Source: a virus
Lineage: Duplodnaviria; Caudoviricetes
Length of the DNA: 64,000 bases
Direction: 5' to 3' (one strand)
Virus record (IMG/VR): IMGVR_UViG_2695420662_000003
Location: 1 to 64,000 of that record
This document shows positions 1-10,400 of the stretch, in pieces. The position numbers and the translations under genes are program-made. The notes beneath the pieces are model-generated. The model had not been told where the DNA came from, searched no databases, and was given only the letters and a program-made list of their open reading frames with translations. The stretch's first letter is position 1. Every line of letters starts with the position of its first letter.

Positions 1-1
1 T

Positions 2-310
2 ATACCTAATCCAGAGAATAAACCAGAGGTAAATCATATAGACGGAGATAAAACTAATAATAGAGTTGATAATTTAGAATGGGTAACAAGATCTGAAAAT
101 GGAATTCATAAATATAAGGTTTTAGGTTGTGATACCGCAGGTCAAATAGAGGTTGTAGTATATGATACTATTAAAAGAATTGAGAATAGGTATAAATCTA
201 TAGCTGCGGCAGAAAGAGTTATAATTGGTAAGAACACGACAATATTATACTTATACTTAGATACAGATAAATTATATAAAAATAGATATAAAATAACTAG
301 ATGTAAGTAG
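2..310 (+). CDS. HNH homing endonuclease, 5'-truncated by window edge
   Basis: Manual translation of frame 2: [29 protein letters not shown]...YKSIAAAER...TAG at 308-310; HNH_3 motif plus NUMOD1-like C-terminus. Confidence 0.85.
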   Translation: MPNPENKPEVNHIDGDKTNNRVDNLEWVTRSENGIHKYKVLGCDTAGQIEVVVYDTIKRIENRYKSIAAAERVIIGKNTTILYLYLDTDKLYKNRYKITRCK

Positions 311-335
311 AAAGGTTTTAAGGAGGAATATTATT

Positions 336-689
336 TTGATTAAACACAAAAAGAAAATCACAATAGAAAGGAAAGAGATGTCAGAGGGGAATAAAAACCT
401 CTTTGACTCTTTTATGAGAAGTTTAGGTGGTAGAAAATTAACTGAATCCACAAAATACAATTACAGAAAAGATATAGAGGATTTTATATATTACGTAGAT
501 AAAGAAATTCCAAGTATAACAGTACAGGATCTTAAAGACTATTTAAATAAATGTAAAGAATTAGGAAATGGGTATTCTAGACTAGAAAGAAGATATAGAA
601 TAGTTCAAAGTTTCTATAAGTATGTTGTTGGTAAAAGAATATTAGAAAAAGATATAACTAAGATGGTAAAAATAAGTAACTATAAATAG
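336..689 (+). CDS. Stand-alone tyrosine-integrase N-terminal (SAM-like/core-binding) domain protein
   Basis: FMRSL..RKLTESTKYNYRKDIEDF..ITVQDLKDYL..RRYRIVQSFYKY pattern of XerC/D N-terminal domain; no catalytic domain follows; AGGAGG upstream of TTG. Confidence 0.75.
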   Translation: MIKHKKKITIERKEMSEGNKNLFDSFMRSLGGRKLTESTKYNYRKDIEDFIYYVDKEIPSITVQDLKDYLNKCKELGNGYSRLERRYRIVQSFYKYVVGKRILEKDITKMVKISNYK

Positions 690-697
690 ATTATGTA

Positions 698-740
698 AAC
701 CTTTGAGTGTAGAAATTGCATTCAAAGGTTATTTTTTATA
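698..740 (+). terminator. Intrinsic terminator
   Basis: AACCTTTGAGTGT..TGCATTCAAAGGTT stem followed by T-run. Confidence 0.75.
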
Positions 741-888
741 ATATTTAAAATAGACGTAAATAGTACCAAGAAATTCAAGTGATATATTCATAAAATAAAT
801 TTACGCTCATTTTAAATATTATAATACCCAAATACAGTTTAAATAATATTTATATATTTTTTATTTTTCTGTAACAAACCAATATTGA

Positions 889-917
889 TTGACATAGTAT
901 TTAATATAGATTAAAAT
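889..917 (+). promoter_or_regulatory. sigmaA-type promoter of parM operon
   Basis: TTGACA (889-894), 17 nt, TAAAAT (912-917). Confidence 0.7.
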
Positions 918-954
918 AGTATCTATAAAGAAAAATACGAAAAGAGGTTATTTT

Positions 955-1893
955 ATGGAAAAGAACATACAAACTGTTGGTGTAGATATAGGAAGAGGAT
1001 ATGTTTGTGCATCAAGTGAATATGGTGGAGAAAGATATGAGTGTAATTTTAAATCAATAGTTGGAATAGGTAGACCTATGGAGGAATACCCAAAGAAAAT
1101 AAAAGAAAATATACATTTAGAATTTAACAATTCAGGAAAAGAATATTTTGTAGGAGAATTAGCAGAAAAAGAAGGATATCTTCCAACTCAAAATGTTAAA
1201 GATAGTAAGGTTACAGATACAGCAGAAAGATTATTATTTTCCTCACTATTTAAAGTATGCAAAGCAAAACGTGTAAATGTTATGTTGGGTGTTCCATATA
1301 AGATTTTCGAAAGAAAAACACTTAAAGATGTTAGAGAAAAATATGAAGGAAGAAGAGTGATAGCTAAAGATTGTTGCTCTGGAGAATTAAAAGAGATAAT
1401 AATCAATAAGATTTCTATATATAGAGAGGCAGATGCGGCATTAGCATGGCATACTAGAAAGTTAGATAGATTAGATAGACCTTATGGAATGGTAAATGTA
1501 GGATTCAGAAGTTCTGAGTTCTGTTATTTTAATAGAGACTTTGAATATAGCAATAAACATAGTGCAACTAAGGAAATAGGCAATAAGACGGCACTAGAAT
1601 ATGTTCAAAAGACTCTACAAGAATCAAATGAGAAAATAATGAAGACTTTATATGAAGTAGATTCATCAAATGAGTATAATGAATTAAAGAAAAATGGATA
1701 TGATATATTAAAAGAACTTCTAAATCAAGAAATGGAAACACTTTGGATTAATAAAGAAGAAATGAAAATAATATTCGCTGGCGGCACTCCATACTATCAT
1801 TTCGGTGATGATTTTGAATATGAAATAATAGAGGAGGCGCATATGGCAACCGCAAGAGGTTTGTGTTATGTTGCAAAGGAGATGGGAATGTAA
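955..1893 (+). CDS. parM: ParM/StbA-family actin-like segregation ATPase
   Basis: VGVDIGRG phosphate-1 motif, EADAA, VNVGFRSSE phosphate-2, FAGG and ATARG actin-fold motifs. Confidence 0.85.
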   Translation: MEKNIQTVGVDIGRGYVCASSEYGGERYECNFKSIVGIGRPMEEYPKKIKENIHLEFNNSGKEYFVGELAEKEGYLPTQNVKDSKVTDTAERLLFSSLFKVCKAKRVNVMLGVPYKIFERKTLKDVREKYEGRRVIAKDCCSGELKEIIINKISIYREADAALAWHTRKLDRLDRPYGMVNVGFRSSEFCYFNRDFEYSNKHSATKEIGNKTALEYVQKTLQESNEKIMKTLYEVDSSNEYNELKKNGYDILKELLNQEMETLWINKEEMKIIFAGGTPYYHFGDDFEYEIIEEAHMATARGLCYVAKEMGM

Positions 1894-1894
1894 T

Positions 1895-2203
1895 ATGGCA
1901 AAAAAGAATACATCAGTAAATCTAGAAGAAGATATACTGGATTATATAGATAACTATAGAGAAGTAAATTCATTAAGTAGTAGAAATAAAGCGTTAGAAA
2001 GGATTATTTTAAAGTTTCAAACACAAGAAAGAGAGATTGAGACACTAAAATACTTTGAAAAAATAGTTAAAGGTAAAAATATATCATTGGCCGAATCTAA
2101 TGTAGAGACCGATCCTGAAGATAAAATAGAGAAACCAAAAGAAGAATTGAGTAAAAAAGGAAGTAGATTTAAATCTGCGTTAAGTGAGATTGGAGATGAA
2201 TAA
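1895..2203 (+). CDS. Ribbon-helix-helix protein, ParR-like adaptor
   Basis: KKNTSVNLEEDILDYID..SRNKALERII RHH pattern, low-complexity linker and C-terminal helix; ATG 2 nt after parM stop. Confidence 0.65.
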   Translation: MAKKNTSVNLEEDILDYIDNYREVNSLSSRNKALERIILKFQTQEREIETLKYFEKIVKGKNISLAESNVETDPEDKIEKPKEELSKKGSRFKSALSEIGDE

Positions 2204-2204
2204 T

Positions 2205-2513
2205 ATGGAAACAACGGAAAGTAAAATAATGTCTGAAAGAGAAAGAAAAAAGAAGGAAAAGCAACAAAATAGAATAACAGTAAGTTTTACAAAAAAATAT
2301 CTAGACGAACTTAAGAAACTAGAAAAAGAAAAGAGTAAAAGTGACACAGTTTGTAAAGCATTAAGATATTATTATAATAGAGATGAAATTGAAAAGAGTA
2401 TACAACAAGAAACGTTAGAAAAGTTAGATATATTAACACATTTAATATTAGATACTAAAAAGGAAGTAATGGAAATTCATAAAGAATTACCTGATATTAA
2501 GAAACAGAAATAA
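2205..2513 (+). CDS. Second RHH-like DNA-binding protein of parM operon
   Basis: RITVSFTKKY..SKSDTVCKALRYY pattern plus coiled coil; coupled to upstream gene by TAATATG. Confidence 0.55.
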   Translation: METTESKIMSERERKKKEKQQNRITVSFTKKYLDELKKLEKEKSKSDTVCKALRYYYNRDEIEKSIQQETLEKLDILTHLILDTKKEVMEIHKELPDIKKQK

Positions 2514-2542
2514 GGCAGCCAAAAGCTACCTTATTTTTTTAT
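2506..2542. terminator. Bidirectional terminator at strand switch
   Basis: AAATAAGGCAGC-CAAAA-GCTACCTTATTTTTTT between convergent genes. Confidence 0.75.
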
Positions 2543-2564
2543 TCATTTTTAATTAGCATATGTA

Positions 2565-3857
2565 CTAATTATACGAAACTTCTTTTCCTATTTCTCTCAT
2601 GGTTACTCTTTGTGCAAATTCTAATGACTCCTTGCCGGTCTTAGTATCAGTTGTAATATCTTTATAACTTATTTCTAATACTCTACCTATGTACTCATCT
2701 TGATTATTCCAATAATAATCTCTTTCATAGCCAGTCCATCCGCCAACCCCAACAGGAGTTCCTTTATAATCAACGAGCATACTACCTAATTTACCTTTAT
2801 TTTTACCATCACCTTCTGTCATACCTATTATTTTTAAATCTATAGTGTTAAATTTTTTATATTTTACAGCCCATTTTGATTTTTTAAATTCATACGGTGC
2901 AGTTAATATATTAGCAGATATTCCCTCTTCTTTTGTAGCAGTAACATCATCGAGTATTTTATCCATCATATTTAAATCGCTTCCTATATATATTGGCTCT
3001 ATATAATAAATTAATTCTGAATTTGCATTTTTAGCAATGTTTTCGATAAACTTTTTTCTTTCGGTTGTTGGAGTATTGTTTTTACATTCTATCATATCCT
3101 CTAGTGATATATAATCAAATAACCCAATTTTTACCCCTTTTTTAATACCATTTGAAGAATATATCGATCTGGTTTTTCTACATCTCTCGTTACTATCTTT
3201 AAATGATCCTATAGCTGTGAGTTCTCCTTCATATAGACCATTAGGTAAATTTCTAAATGAATTTTCTATGTCTAGAAATCCTTCTACATACAATCCCTGT
3301 CTACTTCTAATTTTAACTTTACCATTGTTGACTATTATTTCACCACGAACTCCATTTTCTTTAAGGTATATTGCATATCCATCCTTTTTTGCCTTTTTAT
3401 CAAAATCTCTTTTGCAATCTTTATAATTTGTAGATTTCATAACCTTAAAATCGTCTACAAATGTACTCCCAAAAACTGAATTAGCAAGTTTTTTAGACGC
3501 ACCAAGTTTGTATGATTTCATAAATATCTCTGTATAAAAACCTTGTAAATCAGAAGGCAAGGATTGTATATATGATTTTATATTTATTATATCCTCATCT
3601 CTTCCTGTGTTATTTTTTAATATGTATTCTAATGCTTCGTCCATAGTGTTTAATTCTACGGTTGGTATAAGTTTAAGTTTTTTATTCATTTTCTTTTTAC
3701 TTAATCCTGTTACTTTATATGTATTTAATGTAAACTCTAATAGCTTTATAAATAACCCATCTTCACCATATTCGGCAAGAAGTCTCTTTTTATCATTCGT
3801 TGATGAGGTGTTCTTTATAGTTTCAAACATTTCTTTTACTCTTATTATTTTCTCCAT
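2565..3857 (-). CDS. lig: ATP-dependent DNA ligase
   Basis: Motif I KENGVR, YEGEL, LFDY, EEGI, KYK and OB domain EGDGKNKGKLG. Confidence 0.92.
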   Translation of the reverse strand: MEKIIRVKEMFETIKNTSSTNDKKRLLAEYGEDGLFIKLLEFTLNTYKVTGLSKKKMNKKLKLIPTVELNTMDEALEYILKNNTGRDEDIINIKSYIQSLPSDLQGFYTEIFMKSYKLGASKKLANSVFGSTFVDDFKVMKSTNYKDCKRDFDKKAKKDGYAIYLKENGVRGEIIVNNGKVKIRSRQGLYVEGFLDIENSFRNLPNGLYEGELTAIGSFKDSNERCRKTRSIYSSNGIKKGVKIGLFDYISLEDMIECKNNTPTTERKKFIENIAKNANSELIYYIEPIYIGSDLNMMDKILDDVTATKEEGISANILTAPYEFKKSKWAVKYKKFNTIDLKIIGMTEGDGKNKGKLGSMLVDYKGTPVGVGGWTGYERDYYWNNQDEYIGRVLEISYKDITTDTKTGKESLEFAQRVTMREIGKEVSYN

Positions 3858-4051
3858 ATATTATCCCCTTTACGCTCATATTTTTCTTTAAGTATTTCTA
3901 ATATTTGACTTGTATGACAGTTTAATATTCTACGTTCTATATCGGTTAATCTTGCATATGTACTTGGATCTATTTTTATAACACAATCATTATTCTTATT
4001 TATGTCAATCTTTAATAGAGATTTACTTCCTAACATAATTAAAACCTCCAT
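3845..4051 (-). CDS. Hypothetical protein
   Basis: ORF in operon orientation with RBS. Confidence 0.55.
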   Translation of the reverse strand: MEVLIMLGSKSLLKIDINKNNDCVIKIDPSTYARLTDIERRILNCHTSQILEILKEKYERKGDNIWRK

Positions 4052-4215
4052 ATATCACATTTTTATTTAACTTCTATATGTACATCTTCCCCATTCTCAT
4101 CAAGATAATGTTCAAACTCTACCCATCTACCTTCCGTGAATATTCTATATCTCTCTAAAAATATCATCCTTATTCCTCCTATATTTAAAGGGAGAATTAC
4201 TCTCCCTTATTTTTA

Positions 4216-4818
4216 TTATTTATTAGTAGAACCAAATCCACCAATTCTTATTTTGCCTTCTTCAAAACTATCACCATCTGCTAATAATATAGGCATAAAT
4301 ATAGCCTGTGCTATACGCTCCCCACATTTTACTGTCCAGAACTTACTACCTCTATTTACTAACTTTAACATGTAATGTCCCTCATTAGACTCACAGTTAT
4401 AGTAATCTCCATCTCCAATACCAACTGTATTTGCTAACTGTATTTCATATTTAAATCCCACTCCACTTCTTGGGTATAATGCTAACATTTCTCCTGGTTG
4501 CATATATGCCTTAAATCCTGTTGGTATTATTATTGATTGACCTGGTCGTAAGGTAAAAGATTTAGTTGATATTATGTCATATCCTGCTGCCAATGCTGTT
4601 GACCTCTTAGGTAATACCAAATCTTCATATGGTAACTCTGCATCAGTATTTTTATATTGTTCTTTGCTTACTAATTCAAAACCTCTTCTTTTACTTGGTA
4701 CAAAAATAAATTCCATCTCTCCTCCTCTTACAGATATTTCACTAGTTGAATCTCCACCTATAACTGCCATATCCATACCTACATTGTTCTCGTTTATAGT
4801 TATTTTACTTGTATTCAT
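4216..4818 (-). CDS. dut: Trimeric dUTPase
   Basis: AAGYD, PRSG, GIGDGDYY, RIAQAIF, RIGGFGST motifs. Confidence 0.93.
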   Translation of the reverse strand: MNTSKITINENNVGMDMAVIGGDSTSEISVRGGEMEFIFVPSKRRGFELVSKEQYKNTDAELPYEDLVLPKRSTALAAGYDIISTKSFTLRPGQSIIIPTGFKAYMQPGEMLALYPRSGVGFKYEIQLANTVGIGDGDYYNCESNEGHYMLKLVNRGSKFWTVKCGERIAQAIFMPILLADGDSFEEGKIRIGGFGSTNK

Positions 4819-4909
4819 TTTTAAACCTCCATATGTACATTATTTTTAATTTATAAAAGTGCCATATATGGCAACTAATTTTCTAATTTAAAGACATAAA
4901 ATCGTCATT

Positions 4910-6877
4910 TTATGTACCCGTATAATATTCTATACTGCTAACATCTGTACTAACTATTAATACGGTATCTACTTTTCCATAATCATCATAAGTATTAATA
5001 TCTTTTAAACCCCATGCTGAGAGTTGCGCAGAGTTTCTACCAAATATTTCTTTTGTTAAATCCTCTAGTTTATTAGAATTTGTTTCTATTATATGTACAT
5101 CTCCGTTTTTCATATTTATTTTCCAATTATACATTCTAACCTCTCCTGTATTTTTTTTATTTTTACTCTTTCATATTTAATTCTCTTTTTATATTTCCAA
5201 CTCTTGTATTGACCTTATCAATAAGATCTATTACGTCATTAGCTGTTAAATCGAAACCATGTTCAGTCATAGTATTATAAACATCCTCTAATTCACTCTC
5301 TATTAACCACAATTGCTTGCATATGTACTCTTTATTCATCTTCTTCATCATCTTCTGTTTCATAATACTCTTCCCGTAATATTCTTCTGCCCAATCCCAT
5401 ATCGCATATTCATCAATTAAAAAAGTCTCAAGATAATCTAATGCTGCCATCTTATTTCTAACTTCTTTTATATAATAATCTTCATTACAATCTAAGTAGT
5501 TCCTTGTGGCTTTTATTATATCTCCCCTTATTTCTGATACTTTAGATTGTATAAAATCTTTTATTACACTTACTTTTTTATCCATCCTAATACCCCCATT
5601 GGTGTTTTATTTCGTTTGTATCTTCATCTACATATATCCAGCAGTCACTCATAAAATCGTCATCCGTACCTTCTCTAACCTTTGGATATATAGTATAGTC
5701 CTCATTAAAATAATCTTCCGATACAATCACTTCAAGTAATCCGTTTGGTGAGTTAAATATACGTCTCCACAACTCATTTCCTGTTATATTATGTTCGATG
5801 TGATGTATCATTTTGTTTATATAATCTTGTATATTCTTATCTACCTTTTCAATATCAAAATTCTTATATGTAATCTTCAATTAATTACTCCTAATTAAAT
5901 TATTGTTTTATTAGTTCTTACTACTTGTTAGACTTACAAAGCCAGGGAATAAGAATCCCCATAAAGGTGTTGCAGATCTAGTTATGTATATTGCCACTGA
6001 TATGGCAACTGCAACAGATATCCAAACTATTGCATATGCCATATACGCTACCATATTTACTTTTGCATTGTCACTCATTTTTTTACCTCCATATAAAAAC
6101 TTATTCTTATTTTGCTTTTGCATTTTTAATTATTTCTTTGATTAACTTTCTGGTATTCTTTCCTATATCTATAATTTCTGAAATAAACCGAAAAATCCAT
6201 ATAAAAATAGCTATTATAGATATTAGTATCCATAAGTGAGTTTTTAATAAATAATACCCATATTACGAATAATAATATTAACATCCAAATTATAGCAACC
6301 CCCCTAATCCAATTATAAAATTCATATGTACACTCCTTAATGGTTATATCTTTGATTTAAGATATTTTTACATACTGTTTTCAACTTACTTTTATCTATA
6401 GTATTTTTATCATGACAAACACCCATACACCATTCAGATATAATTAGTGTCATTAATTGTTCTGAGGATATATTACCTATAATACGCTCAATATAATCTA
6501 TATACTCACTTATAATTCTTTTAAATCCTATCCACTCCCACTTAAAATAATCAACTCCATATTCAGTACCATCTTCATCGTCTATATATGATCCTAATGT
6601 TGAAATCATTATATCTCTTCTATATAAATCTAATAGATTATCCATAATGCCTCCTTATAAAACTCCTCTTTTATGTACTTTACATTTCTTCTAAGTTACA
6701 ATTAACTTTTACTATTTTGAAACCTCTATCTTTTCTTAATCCTTCAAAGTAATACGCCGCCCCATCTAGTGAACTAAATCTTATTGCTTCAACTATATCG
6801 TCATTGTTATCTCTCATAAAATTGCTATTTATAAAATTTCCTTCTCCATCCATTATTGTATAAAATCTCTTTTCCAT
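4910..6877 (-). other. Cluster of small hypothetical ORFs (4910-5134, 5163-5585, 5587-5880, 5911-6123 membrane protein, 6337-6645, 6680-6877)
   Basis: Co-oriented ORFs, most with GGAG-type RBS; no recognisable family. Confidence 0.65.
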
Positions 6878-6984
6878 ATGTACTTATTCTCCTGTTCTAT
6901 ATTTTTATAATGCTCCTGATAAAATCCAAATTTTATGTTCATTTTAAATCATACACCTTAGTAATACCAGTGGTTTCATAATTA

Positions 6985-7211
6985 CTATTTCTTTGGCATT
7001 TCGTATTTATCAATATTTCCTAGATTATTTATCATATTCTCAAATACTTCCTTTGTTCTATCTTCTTTATACTCCCTATATTATTCCAAAATTCATCCTC
7101 GTTTCCAAATCCATAACCAGCTCCAATACTGCATATTCCACCTTTTACAGAATTTAACCAAAAATTCGTCGCCCTCAAAACATGTTTTCTATCTTGACTT
7201 ATTATCCACAT
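6985..7211 (-). pseudogene. Small phage gene with 1-nt frameshift near 7074-7076
   Basis: MWIISQDRK..WNNIG continues in the -1 frame as EYKEDRTKEVF..YEMPKK-stop; span is 227 nt, one short of a whole number of codons. Confidence 0.55.
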
Positions 7212-7283
7212 TATTCAATTCTCCCTCTCATATGTACTTGTAAAGGATTAAGAGTTTTTATTTCCTAACCCTTTACACTAATA

Positions 7284-7312
7284 ATTATATATGAACTTAT
7301 CATACTTGTAAA
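7284..7312 (-). promoter_or_regulatory. sigmaA promoter with 15-bp operator
   Basis: TTTACA-17-TATAAT; TATGAACTTATCATA at 7290-7304. Confidence 0.8.
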
Positions 7313-7318
7313 GCATTT

Positions 7319-8791
7319 TTATAAAATAAATTCATTATTTTTTTCATTCACAATATGTATTTTGTTAGTTCTATTCATTTTACTTAACTCATGTTGTAAT
7401 TCCTCTTTCAGCTCTTCTCTAGCATCCATGTTACCATGATGTAAAACCACCCTACATGAATTATTTAACCCTTTTATCATCTCAATTATTTCTTTTTGTT
7501 GTATATGACTTGAGAAGGTTTTATATTGCTTAATCCATGCATTCTTTTGAAAATCTAATCCTTCTATTTTAACTGTTTTATGTTTTTTATCTGTCATAAA
7601 ATCGCCTAACGTACCATTTCCAACATATCCAGTAAACATGATACAATTTTTTCTATCTTCAACGGTAGATTTTACCCAGTGTACTGAGTGGCCATTTGTC
7701 AAGAATCCTGAACTTGATATAACTATACATGGAAAATCTTTTTTACTTGCATATAATTGTGTGTCTTTAAATTCTTTTATAAACTTAAAGTTTCTCCAGG
7801 ACATTATTTTATTCCAGTATTCTCTATCTTCCTCAGTCAATATTTTTCTATATGTATTATTTATTTCGTTTGTAAGCCTACTGTCTATTATTATGGGTAT
7901 ATTGAATCCTTTATCATTACTAAAAGCCTCATAAAGCATTGTCATCAATACTTGTGATCTGCCAAATGAAAATGTAGGTATTACAACTTTACCCCTATTC
8001 TTGATTACTTGTTTAATAGTCTTTATCATATTTTTACGTTCGTCAATTGCTTCTTGCTTAGTAAAACCTCTTTGTTTACTTCCATATGTACTCTCCATTA
8101 TTATCATACTTGCTTTTGATATCGCAGCATTATCCTCTAAGAACGGCTGGAATTTTTTATTTAATTTACTACCTACATCTCCGGTATATATTATTTTTTC
8201 TACTTTACCAGATACTCTCTTTATAAATAATTCTATCATAGCAGCACCTACAACATGTGAATTAGGTAATAATCTAAATGATAGATTTGAGTCCAATTTT
8301 ATTATCTTATTCATAGGATATACATCTGTATATTTTTGCATTGCTATATGTACATCTGATTCCTTATAAAAGCATTCTACATTCTTATGTTTCTTAGATT
8401 GTAGAGATTCAACATCTCTATTATGAATGAATACACCATCTAATAATAATTTGTAGGCTATTTCTTTTGTTGTTTCATTCATTATTATTCTGCCATTAAA
8501 TTCCCTACTGGATGTTAGAGGTAGACCCATCGAATGATCACAATGTGAGTGAGATATGAATATATATGAGACATCTTTCAAGGGATTATTTTCTATCATA
8601 CGTTTATTTTGTTTATACTCCTCATATTTATCTCCTACACCTTGAATTATACCAAAATCACAAATTATATTCTTTCTAGAATTGATATCTTCACAATAAT
8701 AAGATATATTTACACAACTTCCGGTTACATCTATAGAACTACCACCTGTAAACCTAACTTTGATTTTATCATCTATTTTCTTTTTACCCAT
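7319..8791 (-). CDS. Metallo-beta-lactamase/beta-CASP nuclease (Ysh1/CPSF73-like RNase family)
   Basis: VTGSC, SHSHCDH, HVVGAA, YTGD, MESTYG, PTFSFGRSQ, SSGFL, FSSH, LHHG motifs. Confidence 0.92.
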   Translation of the reverse strand: MGKKKIDDKIKVRFTGGSSIDVTGSCVNISYYCEDINSRKNIICDFGIIQGVGDKYEEYKQNKRMIENNPLKDVSYIFISHSHCDHSMGLPLTSSREFNGRIIMNETTKEIAYKLLLDGVFIHNRDVESLQSKKHKNVECFYKESDVHIAMQKYTDVYPMNKIIKLDSNLSFRLLPNSHVVGAAMIELFIKRVSGKVEKIIYTGDVGSKLNKKFQPFLEDNAAISKASMIIMESTYGSKQRGFTKQEAIDERKNMIKTIKQVIKNRGKVVIPTFSFGRSQVLMTMLYEAFSNDKGFNIPIIIDSRLTNEINNTYRKILTEEDREYWNKIMSWRNFKFIKEFKDTQLYASKKDFPCIVISSSGFLTNGHSVHWVKSTVEDRKNCIMFTGYVGNGTLGDFMTDKKHKTVKIEGLDFQKNAWIKQYKTFSSHIQQKEIIEMIKGLNNSCRVVLHHGNMDAREELKEELQHELSKMNRTNKIHIVNEKNNEFIL

Positions 8792-8811
8792 CGTCTTCCA
8801 CCCTTTATTAT

Positions 8812-9423
8812 TTAGTTTATCTCATCATATTCTTCAGAATTATCAATTCCTAGTTCTATTGCTTCTGTTCTATCAAACCAATAGTCTTTATTATAATTTT
8901 TCTTTAACCATTTATCTGTGATTTTAGTTTTCTCTTTCATTAGTTCTTCTAATTTTTTATTCATACCTTTTATGTCTTTTGCTAATTTCATATGATATGA
9001 TATATTTTGTTGTTGCTCTACTGTATATTGTGCAGTATGATACATTAATTCTGCATAACGACCTACTTCTCTTCTATCACAAGCACATAATAAAAATAAC
9101 CCAGCACTTGCCGCCATTCCATTAGCATATCCGTATATCTGACCTTTGAATCTATCTAAAAGGTCTAACATTTTAAATAAGCTATATACAGAACCTCCAT
9201 TACTAGATATATGTATATGTATAGGATCTGGATGACCATCATTATAGTCAGGTAGATTTAATATCCATTCATAAAACCTATCCTCTAACTCTTCTGTGAA
9301 TTCTTCATTTATAACAAATGTTCTAGGATATTCATCTTTACTAAGTAAATCTTTTAATTCATCCTCAGTAAGTTCTAGTTCTTGTATATTATTTAATTGT
9401 TCCATATGTACGAATTCCTCCAT
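8812..9423 (-). CDS. ClpP-like serine peptidase
   Basis: ISSNGGSV, GMAASAG (Ser), LMYH (His), DYWF..EAIELGID (Asp). Confidence 0.85.
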   Translation of the reverse strand: MEEFVHMEQLNNIQELELTEDELKDLLSKDEYPRTFVINEEFTEELEDRFYEWILNLPDYNDGHPDPIHIHISSNGGSVYSLFKMLDLLDRFKGQIYGYANGMAASAGLFLLCACDRREVGRYAELMYHTAQYTVEQQQNISYHMKLAKDIKGMNKKLEELMKEKTKITDKWLKKNYNKDYWFDRTEAIELGIDNSEEYDEIN

Positions 9424-9442
9424 AATTTATATTTAATATGTA

Positions 9443-9825
9443 CTAATCCTCTAATCTTCTACCTCTTAAATCTATAAACACGTCTTTTGTATGTTCTTTT
9501 ATAAAATCATCTTGACAGTCTGTATCGCAAAATATTAATTCTTCTCCGCCCATATAGCTAAATACTGGATAGTGTTTTTCTGTATCTAATATCTCGCCAC
9601 ATGAATCACAATAATGTTTTAAACTCATTAATTTTTACCCCCTGGTATTAAAGTTAGTACGCTGCCAAAGAAATCCTTTTGTATATATGTAAGTTCGCCA
9701 TACTCATCTCTTACAAGATAAGAATCACCCATTTCTGAAAATATTTCATATGTATAACCTTCCATAAGTTCTACTGCATCAAAATCACTGTTATCTATGC
9801 ATTTTGCAAATTTTCTATAATCCAT
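9443..9825 (-). other. Two small ORFs (9443-9628 Cys-rich zinc-finger-like; 9628-9825 hypothetical)
   Basis: CDSCG..FCDTDC in first ORF; co-oriented and coupled. Confidence 0.6.
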
Positions 9826-9830
9826 ATGTA

Positions 9831-10400
9831 CTATTCCTCATCTTTCTTTTTCACTCTAATTTTACTTTTATTACAATATGCTATTGCGCAGCCGAGTGCA
9901 TCATATAAATCGTCTGTTTTAAATTTATTATATTTCTTTGAAAATTCCCCTGCATCATAATATGTATTTCTTATGTATCTTGCAACCATTTCTTTATCAG
10001 AACCACCACGCTTAAATAAGTTAGCCCTAACTTCAGTAGGCTTTAAATGATGTATATTAACACCGTTATGTTTCCCTATGTATATAATCGCACCCTTAAC
10101 CTTTGATAATGTTAATCCTGTTTTTGGGTTACAACCTATGTATTGATCCTCAATTATGAAATCAGTTATATTATGTTTTTTTGTTATCTCATCTAACCTA
10201 CATGCTAAATAGTATAGCCTTTCATCTTCAGATACATTTGCAAAGAAGTATGTGTAATCTAAATGTTTTTTACTTCTAGGTGACAATTCTTTCCCCTCTG
10301 TTACTACTCTATCTACCTCAATTATTTCTCCATCTTTTATAACACAATATCCGGTACTGGCCAATGATAAATCTAATCCTAATAAATTAATATTATTCAA
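9831..10400 (-). CDS. ruvC: RuvC-family Holliday junction resolvase
   Basis: LGLDLSLASTG, IIEDQY, PTEVR, DKEMV, DDLYDALG. Confidence 0.88.
   Translation of the reverse strand: MNNINLLGLDLSLASTGYCVIKDGEIIEVDRVVTEGKELSPRSKKHLDYTYFFANVSEDERLYYLACRLDEITKKHNITDFIIEDQYIGCNPKTGLTLSKVKGAIIYIGKHNGVNIHHLKPTEVRANLFKRGGSDKEMVARYIRNTYYDAGEFSKKYNKFKTDDLYDALGCAIAYCNKSKIRVKKKDEE

Noticed and set aside
1895-2513. RHH proteins as the MazE antitoxin
   Set aside because: Translationally coupled to parM and 17 kb from mazF; ParR-like role is simpler
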